DNA from: Catajapyx aquilonaris
Lineage: Eukaryota
Direction of reading: 5' to 3'
DNA length: 64,000 bases
Assembly: GCA_000934665.2 (NCBI GenBank)
Contig: KZ538022.1
Span: forward strand, 62,001 to 126,000
Position 1 is the stretch's first letter, and the number at the start of each line of letters is the position of its first letter. The notes beneath the pieces are model-generated. The model was not told the DNA's origin. It saw only the letters and a program-made list of their open reading frames with translations, and searched no databases. A program made the translations under genes and the position numbers. This document shows, in pieces, positions 52,001 to 64,000 of the stretch.

Positions 52001-55000
52001 CGAGCAGGTCATGCTTCAAAACGAGAGAAAGGTTTATTTCTTTTCCCCGTCGCAGAGCACCCGGCGCCATTTCACCAGCCCATTTCTGATTTGCAAAAGT
52101 ACTATTAGGCCACAGAAAAAAAACGGTTAAAATTTTTCTCCAAAAGTAAAACTTTAACTGCAGTTAGCTCTTAACCGGCCCTGCTGTTTAAATGAAAAAA
52201 AAGTGCAGGCATCGCAATATAGCTCATGCAGAATATTATCGATATGTATGTGGCGTTTCGAGCATTCCTAGCCGTCACGCACAGGCATATGGGACCTGGA
52301 GGCCTCAAAAAGCTTCATCACATGCAGCAGCATCCCAAAGGCTTCTCTCTGACCTGGGTGAAAAGACCCCCTGGTAATTCATCTCAGCCCAGGGCGTTAC
52401 ACATGACTACTTCAAATAAATAGAGCCAGGGGCCTGGGAAAGGGACAGGTCAAAAACCCCAGACCAGATCAAAAGAATCTGGCAGTAATTAAAAGGGAGA
52501 CAGCCATCGTGTGTGATGGGATCTATCTGCCATACGTGTCATGTCTCGTACTTAGGACATACGCGTTACAGGCTGAGTCAGAGTAAGGCTCAGACGACTC
52601 TAAGTTTCAGATAAAAATTTAATTGTAGCTATTTCAGTAAGTCGTGATTTTTAATAAGAAGGAATTTAAGTAAGCTGTTATTTCAGCAGTGATTTCAGTA
52701 ATCAGTGACTTCAATAACAGTGATTTTAATAAGCTGTGATTTGAAACGAGTTAATAATAGCATCATTGTTCTGTGATTATAGTAACATATTATTCTAAAT
52801 CGCCGTTACTCTTCAACCATGTTGTTTTCCGTTAATCTGCTAACTATAGAGCAAACAACTCTCTCCTTGCACTTGAACGGAGATACTTGTTCAATGCACC
52901 ACCCTGTATTAAACCACTTCATACCCTTCCCCCCCATATAATTATTGTAACCCCATTTTGTCGAGTGGTGGGGGCCATGTTCCCTGCCATTGGCAGCTGT
53001 CCCTCTTATATCGACTGGACTTTTGCGGACGCGAAATTATCCACGCCACCAGGGGCTCCTAGATAATAAGATAGCACCGTCCGATTGGAAGGACGGTTAC
53101 CTAGGCGACACTTGAAGGGTTGTCCGGTCCATCAACCGCACACAACTGATTTTTTTTGTGTGTGTCCTCAATATTCTGGTGCAGAAACATTTTTTTTTTT
53201 GTCCAGACCCGCGCAACCCAAACACTTCTCGTCGAATTCTTCCCCCTAACAGAAGCGGCAAGACTTATGTTCCAATTACTTCAGCCTTCGATTTCCTGTC
53301 CTCCACAACACCGGTACTTCGGCGATGGGAGGAGGGGGGGGGGGGATTCATTGAAGGGTTTCTTGGGAAACTTATTTATTGGCCTGGTACCAGGGAGGCT
53401 TTCTGGTCAAATCCTTCTTTCCAGGACCCTTATTAAGGCTCCGGACCCTTCTCTCCTTTTTTTTGGAGAAGCCGAAAGTTCCTTCGCTTGGTTGGCAGGA
53501 CTAGCTTATTTCCAACCGCATTGTTGAGTAGATAGATCGGTCAGTCATGTCCCGGGGATTTGCTCTTTCCCTGCTGGGTTGCTGGGGGTGTCAACACCAC
53601 ACAAAAAGAAGCCCCGGCTACTTCTCTTTATCCGGGGCGGTTGTCCATCCGCAGCTTCCGGATCGGAAATGTCGAGCAGGACAATATTCATTGAATTTTC
53701 TGGCCTTTTTCCGGATATATTACAGGGTTTTTGCACTGTCCATGTCCGCGAGCCAAAACCCGGGTATAGGAAGAAAAGCCATCAATTTTGTAAAAATATT
53801 ATGTTTAATTTTAATAATTACCTTGGTATATTCCTATATGTTATATTATTATACCCAGATCCTCAGGCAAGTCGGACATCTGCAACTTTATTAAAATATT
53901 CACTTGCGTCCCAAAATTCGTTGCATAAATTAAAACCGCGAGCACGCTCCAGATACCAATATGCTAAAATAATAAAAATAATCAGGTCCGAGTCAAATAT
54001 GCCAAATTATTTACGAGATTCTGGAACGTATGAAATAAATATTCTCGAGCAGTGTATGATGGTTTTTAAAAAATCCGTCACAATGCATATGGCCTTTCCA
54101 ACGATATGAAAAGCTATACTTCCACAAATTAGCACTAATGCTAAAAAATTCTGCGAATAACCTTTTCCTACGAAATAAATCTGCTGCAGTCTCGCCCCTC
54201 AGGGCAGGCCTTGCCTATGAATACCTGAGGACCAACGCCCAGGCATTAAACTTCATTTCCTCATTTTGTGTGTGCCATGTGACCAACTTTTCAAATACAA
54301 TGCTAATTACCTCCAAAGCAGAATAGCACTGCATTGCGACCTCTCCTCGGCTCTATACAAATAAGAAAACCGTTTTTCCCCGTAGAGTAGCTTAGGCCAA
54401 AAATTTTCATTTGCGAAACTAATTACAAAGTTTTCTCTCTTCCCTGCGGATTCACTTTCTGTTCTTCTTGGTTTGCGCTTCTTTCCTTTAGGAAAAGAGC
54501 CTGCCTTGAAATTACCCCAACCAGTAATTATATTCGGAAGCAACGAGCAAATTGCGGGTGTTGTCAGACTGAATAAGTGCACTTGCGAATAATCTCCTTT
54601 TCCTGTCGATGTCACGCGCTAACTCGGTTGTGTGACGTTGTTTGCATTATTTGCACCCGTTTGGGTCTGCCTCTCCGTTCCCATGTTTGTTTGCGGAGGG
54701 AAATTAAAGCTGATCACCACATCAAGTGCCACCAATAACATCGCGAATCAATTAAATCAAATCATGTGTCCCGGGTGTTTCCCCAGCACCCGGTTTCAAT
54801 GGCGTCAGGGGGTTTTAATCCAGACCCCCCCGGATTTGAATCATAGAGTAAACATAATGTTTTCATAGGATTGCCATCTGGATTGACGTGATTGACTAGC
54901 ATTGTCGGGGAAATAGTCATCCTCGGATGGGTGTCGGTGGAAGGGAATAAGCTACGTCAACTGCAAACATCAGTTGTATATATGCATATACCTGTTTGCT

Positions 55001-58000
55001 GAAATTCGCTAAACTGAGCCTGATGGCAAACAAGCAGAAATAATTCGAAGCTCAAAATTATTCAATTAACGTACTTACCTTCCGCTTTGAAATAGTCAAA
55101 TCTGCAGGCACGTGAAGTAAACACTGGCTGACTCGAATAAACAAGATAACTCAAGGGTCACGTCTGTTTAAACTTCCTGCCAAATATGGGCAGATCACTG
55201 AGCCGAATATTACACAGCAATTTAGCAGTCTTCGATATTTGACAATTACAATTAAAGTGAGTCGTGTAGGTTCAAACACCCCTGGAAACTGAACTAAAAA
55301 CATGGTCCGGTACACATCGAGATAATCCCGAAGCTCGGTTTGGAACACTTGTCACTTGAAAAGCAGGCTCATTTGCGGCAACGCTGAGAGAACAATTCCA
55401 GCTTTGATTCCATTGATAACGCGATTGGGGGGGATCGGCAACGTGAAGCTCTTACTTTGTTTCTAAATTACTTCCCACTCGCTCGCAAAATACAGCCCCT
55501 GAAGCATACAAATTCCAAGGCGCCTCGCCAAAAACTCTATGAATTAACAGGGTGAGCCAAAACGTACGTGCCTCAAAGTATATACACAGAGATCATACAG
55601 AGAATTGGCTCGAGTTTATCTGTTTGTCTGAGCTCAGCTTTGCATTTCAACGCCTTCAAATAATCGTACCAAGAACAAACACGTCACCCAAAGGTATTTT
55701 CAATTACGAACAACCTGGCCGCAAAATACTTCAACACTGTAAAGCTTTCCAAAATTCTGCCAAGGGCTCCCTCCATCCTCAAAAACCCTTCTCATTTAAC
55801 TACTGTCCGCAGTGCTTAATTTTCATGCGGCAAAACTTCTTCTTCCCCCCCCCCCTCTCTCTGGAGCCCCATGTTTTTGCAAACTTGGCTAAATCCAGCG
55901 ACAGTAACTGGATTCTTGGAGCAACAACAACCAAGATATCGGGAAGAGGGGAGAGCAGGTGCCTCCTTCGGCAAACCATCTGCGTCCCCCCCCCCCTCCC
56001 ACCATCCTCTTCCACCCACAACCAAATTGGCCCACCTCCCTTTAACCTGATGAGTATTCCTCCTCCTAATGGCACAGCACAACTCATTACAAGCCTAACA
56101 ATATCCTAACAGACTCCCAGACGTGACAGTACTTTTTAAGGCGAAAAGCGTAAATTCCAAAACAATCCGCTGTAATTACCGGAGTACTTTTTTTTTGGGA
56201 AAGAGCTACTTAGAGGACATTAACTTTTGAAGTGAAAATTTTTAGCCGAGTACCCGCTTCCAGGCGCCTTTCTCTCTATCTTGAAACTCTCAAACAATCT
56301 CTACCCCGGCATAGATTGCAAAGTATGCGAATAATTTGGGCGGACAAGTTGGCAAACAGCGATCCATTCCCTTGTCGAATAGAAACTCTCCAAGCCAGCT
56401 TCTTGCTGCTCAAGGGACAGGAGGATAGAGTTTAGAAATTCCATTTGCATGCAAAAGGGGCGAGCCTAGGATCACACAGGGAGCTAAAGAATGACGGTCG
56501 GACCAACGCCATATCACACAGCCAATTAGTCGCTTAAACAATGGACAAAAAGCCCTCTCCACATAACAATGCCTGCCGGGACTGCTCCCCCAAAAAATTG
56601 CTAAAAAAGATAGCTTAGAAATTTTTTGGAGGCTGCAACCGAGCACATGAATTATGAATTCGACCTCGGGCTTTAGATGATCAAATATGAGTTTACTTTA
56701 TGACACCTCCAGAGTATTTCCGGGGACTGCTCGTAAAAATTACTGTCCCCTGCCGCTTACATCTAATTGCGTTTTCAGTAATTGCGCATCACCGGATATA
56801 ACTAGTTTGGGGGGCTGGGTTTTAAGTCGACTTGCATTATTATCCCCCATAATTTTCTTGGGGAAATGTTCCGACCCGCAAAGTCTATAAAGTTTATCTG
56901 GCCATGAAACTCCAACAATGAAAGTACTGTTGCCAATACGAGAATTCTTACAATCCATTGCAACGTGTGGCCCGTTTATTTTCTACGGGTTTACTAAATC
57001 TCTGCCGCCCCCGGAAATTTAATTTTCTCCCAAGCTGCCCATAGCCAAAAGGTCAAAGGGCGGATAACCTACTTCCAGCAGGTCAAAACAGTCAGGGGCC
57101 CAAGATAAACGGCCTCAGGGCACGCTATTAAACATGAAGTAATGTGGCCTCAGCCGGAGCAGACCCGCAGTGATGAAATTATGCAATACTACCCGGTAAA
57201 TTAAACCCCTTGCACATGCACACTCCACCATTAAACTGCACGTTAACCTGTAAACTACAAGACTTTACTACTTTTCCAAGGTAAAATGTTGCCGGAGATA
57301 TATGCTAATATTGGTGATCGATACACTTATTTCCGTATGGAAGAGCACTCCAATCGGTTTTTTTGAGGGGTCTGTGTTGTCTCCTTTCAAGAGATTTCTT
57401 CAACTTTTTCTCCACACCGAAAAAACCGCCCTTCGTTTCTTTTGTATCCACTTGCTGCAATTTCAAAGCCGGTAAACAATCCGAAAGGCAATATCGTAGA
57501 TTCGCTCCAGCCCCTTTGCTGAGAGTCTAAGAAAAAGAGGGGAAAGGTTGTGCATAACCACGGTTGAAAGAAAAAAAAGCGAAAAAAGAGGCTCTTTGTT
57601 TCTTTGTTTGTTGTAGAAACTATCTATACGAGAACCAAAAAGCCGATGCAAAGTGTGCACACTGTGCAAACTCTGAAAACAATGAACACTGTGTAGGAAA
57701 CTTAGGCAGCAAAAAAAATATATCCGATGCGGCAAGCTTGCTCTTATTCGATTGTAGGTTTTTTTCCCACAAAAATTGCGGGTAGAAAATTCGACCCAGT
57801 TTCTTGAAATGTTTCCCTCCACGACTCTTAAAAAGCGAGCACACCCCGACAAAAGTATCTCCATTAAGCTCTCCAAAAAAAACGCTTCTTTTCGGTGGCA
57901 CAGTTATTACATGCGCTAAAATTCGAACTGTCTGGGAAAAGTTCCAAATTAAACGGGCAGGGGAAAAAAACTTTTCAATTTACGCCCGAATCACTTGAAG

Positions 58001-59548
58001 ATCGTTGAACTCCCGAGGAAAATTTTTTGGCCGGAAATAACACTTTTTTTTCCCTGATTCTACTCGATTCAACTCGAAAATGTCAGATGAGTCAAAAATG
58101 AAAAAAAACGCAGAAAAATTTCCCTGGACGTAACTTGGACTTGTCACACGCCACGTGTCTTGTTAGTATAACACAGTCGTAGTGTTTATTTTAGTAGCGA
58201 AAAGGACGCTACGGACCATTTTTTTCCAGCCCTAAAAAGAACTTAATTATTTACACTTTCAGGATATTCCCGTCGGCCTTAAGTTTCCAAGCAGGACATG
58301 CAGGGGGGTCATGCGCTCTAATTACATTACTGTGAGGCTAACTCCGGACGTAAATTTGGCATCGGCTAACTTTTCTGCCACTTTTGGCTCGCGAATGTGA
58401 CGCTGAGAGTCATCTCAGGCAGATCGGATCTAATTTTGCAAAAAATTTTAATGTAATTTTTTTAAATAAAATTCTTCCCCGTAGGTCATCCAGAAATGAT
58501 ATTTCTTACGTTACTTGACAACGGGAAATGAGACCGACAACATTCTGTCAGTTGTCCAAATTGAATTTGAGAAAAATTCTACTCAAATCACGCTCGCGGG
58601 ATTTGCCAATCTTGTTTTTTCATTACAATGTCAAAATCATGTAATATTTCTCAAAAAGTGCAAATTCTCAATTTTTTTGCGATTATGCAACCTATGCATA
58701 ATCTGATGATATTTTCCATAATTTGGGTTCACACTGAAAGTGCAAAATTCTAATTTTCAGAATGCATTGAAAGTGTGGCCCGACCGAAATTGAGGGCATA
58801 ACATGGGGCAAACAGAGGCTCATCATCGTGCTGGAATGACCCCTTCAGCAAATTTAAATTTAAAACGTGGCCCCATATAGTATAGGTTGTAAGGGTGTAA
58901 TATCGAAAGAACCTTCTTCTTCTTCTTCTCTTCTCTTGTGAAATAATGCATGGCGGAAACCAAAGGGACATTCGGTTGAGGGAACAGTTGATGGAGCGCA
59001 ATCTCATCGAGGCTTCAGGACGCGTTCTATTAGCCAGGCCACATGGCGGCGGCCTCCTTGATCTATCAGCTGGAGCGCGATCGAGCCACGCTACGTCCGG
59101 AATATCCAATGCCCATATACACAAGAAGGAGGGTGGAAAAAGGCGGGGGAGAAGAAGAAGAAGAAGAAGAAAGATTGACTGGGCCTTGTACTGTCTCGGT
59201 CAGTTTCGCATGCTGCTGCTTCCCATCTCCCTAGGGCACATCCGAGTGAGGAAAAAAGAGGAAAGGACGTCTTTTTGCTGATCCTTCGGTCCTATTCGAC
59301 CAGCTGCGTTTCAATTCACCCCTCCCCTTCTCTTTGTATCCATGGACACTAGAAGGAATTCCGTGTTGTTGGGAGGCTGCACGAGAGAGAGAATTCGCGG
59401 ATTCTTCATTGCCTGTCTGCCTGCCGAGTCAGGTTAGCGGACTGTCCTGCAAAATGCGATTCGAGTAGTGTTCGTGTACGACTGAGTGGAAGCAAGTCGA
59501 GTTAAAAGTCGGGCGATTCAATGAATGTCGTTCAGCTAGGTGCATATA

Positions 59549-59720
59549 CAGTGCTGGGCATTAATGATGTTGTATTGGTAGCGCCACAAGCCGATGGTGG
59601 CAAAAGAGTGATTGCCTCCGGATGACCACCTTCACCAGGTGAAGGTGGTCATCCGGAGGGAAATTTCAAATCTCTATTTTGCCGCCGACACAAAGTAGAC
59701 ACCATTAATGTCCAGTACAG
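59549..59720. mobile_element. TA-flanked Tc1-like MITE with a perfect central palindrome
   Basis: ta|cagtgctgggcattaatg ... cattaatgtccagtacag|ta. The centre (59615-59659) is cctccggatgaccaccttcacc-a-ggtgaaggtggtcatccggagg. Confidence 0.75.
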
Positions 59721-60684
59721 TACCATCAGCCAGACCCTGAAAGTGGCAGCAGTGTGCAAAGAAGGAGGATGCGCCATCTATGAACGAATTAAGGTACTAC
59801 GTGGACAGTTGTGCCCCAGGCCCACTTTCAGCTCTTCCCTCTGGTCAAGGCCGAATGGATCAGTCATATGTGTACAATCGGGTAGAGCTGCGGACTTGAG
59901 TGATGGCCTGAGAGTTTCTGGCAAGCTGAGTCGACTGCAGGGATCGACCCTCCCGATAACGATGCATTAATAATTGGATGCCTTGGTGGCGCGTATTAGG
60001 TAGAAGCGCTAATTACTTGTCGGCGAAGGAACTTGTCTCTCCGGGGAGGTCTGGCCCCTTCCACTAATGCACTGGCGTCCTTTCTCTAGCCGCAGACCAT
60101 CCATCCTTCTCTCTCCCTCCAACTCAAATGGCTGCCAATTCCAGACACGCCTAATATCTTAAGGGTCTAGGATTTCAGAGACTGATCCATGCAGCCAACG
60201 GGGGTCACAATGACGGACCGGGAGGGCACAACTTTCCTCATTTGACCTCCCCCCCCCCCCTCTTCTTCTCACCTACTCTGCGGGCATAGGAATTGGAAGG
60301 GGTTGGCTTTTGAAACCTCCCAAAGTCTGGAGGCCACTCAGCATGCGAGTCATGAAAACTGTTAGAGGTCCCCGGGACGCTGCAGGATAAATGATCCGCC
60401 GAGTCTCTCGTTAATTTCCAGTGGCAGCTGCCTCATCTACCCTCGACTGACTTTAGTGCCGTAGTTTGTTTCTGCAAGCCTTTCCAGCAGGTCTCTCACC
60501 TTATCGGAAAAAGAGTTGACGAGCAGTTTTCGACTCGAGGTGTGGAAACCGGAGGAAGCAATTAAAATCAGAAAATTTGCATCCGGATTTCAGCATACCT
60601 GGAGGCCAAATCCGTGCAAAAGTGAAGTCAAAGAGCGAGTTAAAATTTTGCCAGTCCAGTACACGACGAATAACATTCTGATCA

Positions 60685-60877
60685 TTTTATGGTGAAAAAG
60701 GCGAGGGAAAATGCTTGCACAATGAATGAAAAATTACCCCAGCAGATATGCCTGAAAAAACTTTTGTTGGTTTTTAACAATGTTCATTTGAAATATTTAA
60801 ATGGTTTTAACAAACAATAATTCAGACATATCTGGGTTAATTTTTCATTCATTGTGAAAGCCTTTTTCGCCATAAAA
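60685..60877. repeat. AT-rich fold-back element of about 190 bp
   Basis: ttttatggtgaaaaaggc...cacaatgaatgaaaaatta.ccca..agatatg.ctgaa pairs with ttcagacatatctgggttaatttttcattcattgtg...gcctttttcgccataaaa. Confidence 0.8.
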
Positions 60878-62199
60878 ATATAATTTGTAATTATTTAATA
60901 CGAGCGTAAATTTTTGTAAAATATTTTAAATGAACAAATTAAAAACTAACACAGTATAACTAAATATCTAACGTTTGTACAAGTGCCATATAAGAACGCT
61001 GGGCATACCTAGATAAAATCTCTGATTATGTCATACAAAATTGGAGATTTCCACTAATTACATTCCTTGTTTAACATCTGGTTACATGATTTTCCTGACT
61101 CGCTCTTGTAAGCATTTGAAGGTGAAGGGTACAGAAGTTACTCCTTTTTCTTTTTAAAAAATTGTAACAAGCTAACTTCCTGGGACTTGGGCGGAGTTTA
61201 CATGGAGCCCAGGAAATTAATGGGAACCCAATTAACCCCCAGAAGTACTCCGCAAGGAGATTGTTTTGTGCGGCGGGAAAGCTAAGTGAGTTATGCTCGA
61301 TTCTCCTGGGACTTGGGAGAGATGGTTGCGGGTCTTTATATAATGCACGTTGCAAGCACGTGAGTCTAGTTGAGGGACAAGTTAGGGCCACGTTTCCATG
61401 GGAATATATATATCGCCTCTTCTCAGGGTTAAAGAGAGCGGGGTTATTAGTTAGGACCAAAGACCAGCAGAAAATATGACCGGATTTAACCAGCGCTTGG
61501 CTACGGGCCAGCTAAAGCACAATGACATTTTGATGCTCGTTACCCGGAAATACAGACTCCGGCTTTTTGTATTTTTGCACAAAAATATAAACTCTGATAG
61601 TATTGATTGTGGGTTTTGCCAAAAAAAAAAAAAAAAGTGGGGCGCTGTAAACCTGACCGCAGCAACAATTTCGTTTCCTACTGCGGAGGTTTTTTGATAG
61701 AATGGAACAAGTGGCTTGGAAATTTAATTTGGTGGGGCGGCTGACAGTAAAGTGATCATAACATTTCCTTTTTTGGAAGGAGGAGGAGGAGGACGAGGAA
61801 AGAAGAAGAGGAGAAGAGTTTTCTGGCACAGCGCAGCAATCCCCTCCCAAATCTTACACGGCAGAAAATTCGCGCGGTTCTTTGCAAAAACCTTCTCATC
61901 CACCCGCCTCGGTGTCTGGACTGTCGCTGCAACAAAAATGTTTTAATAACGCCACAGTGATGTCACACAAAAGAGATAGCAGAAAAAAACTGCGGGACCA
62001 TAAAGATGATCTTCGCGAAAAATCCGTGCCAGCAGAGAAACAGGAGGAAGCAGCCATGACATCTGCTCGAGAAACGAGCTGCCCGGTTTGTGCAAAAAAA
62101 ATTGGCAAGCAAAAATACGTGCAGTTAAATCTCGCAAAAAATTGTAATGTAAACTGGCATGAAAGTCGCACATAAAAATTGCGGCCTTTCGCCATGGGC

Positions 62200-62620
62200 A
62201 CATTATAATTGAGACAATTTTTGCCATTATTTCGTGCAAACGTTTTATTTGAAATACACGCAAATTTTGGCTTTTTGCTACATTATGGTTACGTACAAAT
62301 ATCACATTTGTGAATATTTGTGAAAATATTTGAGCAAATATTTACTTGTGCAATTGTGACTTTTATGCATTTACATATACAAATTTATGATTTTTGTGTA
62401 CATTATGGCTATCGACAAATATCGAATTACTGCACATTTTTGTAATCAGTTTGCACAATTTTTGCAAATATTTTGTACAATATATTTCGTTGCAGCTATT
62501 TACGCAACTACGCTCTTACTATTTATGTGCACATATTTTGTGCACATAAAACCGTAAAATATATTTGTACATATGTAGAATTGCACGAAATATATATATT
62601 TTTTTACATCCATTTAAACT
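62200..62620. repeat. Degenerate AT-rich tandem / low-complexity tract
   Basis: Recurrent tttgtgcaaatatt and acattatgg.ta motifs. Confidence 0.55.
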
Positions 62621-63564
62621 GTGCCTCCAGCCTCCCGAACCTGGACCAGCATGAAATCCTCCCTCCCTCTTTTTTTCTCTCCTAATTCATCAAACGGAGC
62701 CGTGGCAGCATCATCCGAATCGAACCAACAGGGGCAATCTCAATGCACAAATTAAATCCCAGCTCTCATCACCAGGCTACCTATGTAGCCTCCATTAAAA
62801 CCCAATTAAGCTCTGATTCCTCTAACTATACTGCATAATTAATTAGTCATTACGTCATGGGCTTTGCGCGCAATAGTTGCAAGGGACACGCTCTTGTCCA
62901 AACGCAAGGTGCGTCTGAATATTTTAAAACTATTGGGCTAAATTCGAGCAAAGTGCGCTAAATAGCGGATTGTTCATGCCAGCCACCAAGAGTGGCGACA
63001 GTTGCTGGGAGATACAATCAGCCACTTTTTTTTTGTTGAAGGCATTATTTCAGTGCGTATAATAATATTATGTTCATGAATTTTGGGGATGATGAAGTGC
63101 AGCAATTTAAAGCAGTGCTGTTGTTTATGTACACGTATACACACATTGAAGAGAGATAGTAAACAAAAAACAATCAACTGTTTACGCCACGCATCAAATC
63201 CTGCCATCGAAAACTGTGCACTTGTATCAAACTAAATCATACGCAGTAATGGCCGTGCCATAAAGCCGCCCGAATAATTTTGGGGCAACTAGGCTAATAA
63301 AATTTAACGGGCGTGTTTTAATACACAATGGTGCGTGGGCGATATGCAAAATTGGGCTCTATAATGCGAAGGAAAATGCAAGCCTAGTTTATTCGCGTAA
63401 TTATCATCAGTGGCATTAAAAAGTAAAGCAAAAAAGTAAGCAACTCCATTGCGAAAATTGGATTGTGACTGTACTCTACACTACTACTCGACGAATGTGA
63501 CTAAAATATTATATAAATAATAATTATTAGTATACTGCACCTGCCAGAAATTACTGCAAACATA

Positions 63565-63771
63565 CAGGGTGGTCCAAGTTCAAGTGTCGTTTTATAACGG
63601 CGATTAATAGCAGTGATTTTGCGACGACGTAGCAGCGACGCGTAAAATGTCCCACTTCGGCGCATCTTCGGCGCAATCGAAGTGGGCAATTTTACACGTC
63701 GCTGCTACGTCATCGTTAAGCGCTTCTATTAATCGCCGTTATAAAACGACACTTGAACTTGGACCACCCTG
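63565..63771. mobile_element. Tc1/mariner-type MITE, 207 bp, nearly fully palindromic, TA target-site duplication
   Basis: ta|cagggtggtccaagttcaagtgtcgttttataacggcgattaatag ... ctattaatcgccgttataaaacgacacttgaacttggaccaccctg|ta. Arms are perfect for about 46 bp. Confidence 0.92.
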
Positions 63772-64000
63772 TATATCCCTTCCAAAATGAGAAAATATAA
63801 TTACAAAAATATTGGATATATTATAGCAAAATTACACAACAACTATTGGAAAATTAGTTTGTTTCTAAAATATTAGTCCCCAGCATATCACGCCTATTAC
63901 ATTAACTTTCACTCAGTGTTTTTAAAAAATTACAATATTAATTGTTGTAGTAAGTGGTGACAAAACATCATTATGAGCCCTAGTTTGGACACCGGAGGTA

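Noticed and set aside
40973..64000. Upstream DDR exon(s) (signal peptide, LGMxxGxI...ASS...AR) or an independent nested gene
   Set aside because: Manual inspection of candidate ORFs (42104, 44683, 45750, 48109, 51439, 58750, 59743) found no such motifs and no recognisable protein. A short exon could have been missed; tBLASTn or RNA-seq would settle it.

Overview
Eukaryotic genomic DNA, probably from an arthropod or other invertebrate. The whole window lies inside one large minus-strand gene for a discoidin domain receptor (DDR family receptor tyrosine kinase). I traced 12 coding exons by hand (40972 to 2349). All are bounded by GT-AG, their phases chain consistently, and they total 2196 nt, about 732 codons. 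They encode most of the discoidin (F5/8 type C) domain, the DS-like domain, a stalk, one transmembrane helix, a long cytoplasmic juxtamembrane region and the N-lobe and hinge of the kinase. I did not find the start/signal-peptide exon(s) or the HRD/DFG kinase exons; they probably lie beyond 64000 and before 1 respectively. The remainder is intron containing many short fold-back elements (several are TA-flanked Tc1/mariner-type MITEs), degenerate minisatellites and microsatellites. Almost all ORFs in the supplied track are spurious. I see no convincing evidence of a novel multi-gene system. The most interesting items are a divergent kinase G-loop, a protein-level octapeptide repeat, and a long hairpin next to a splice donor.
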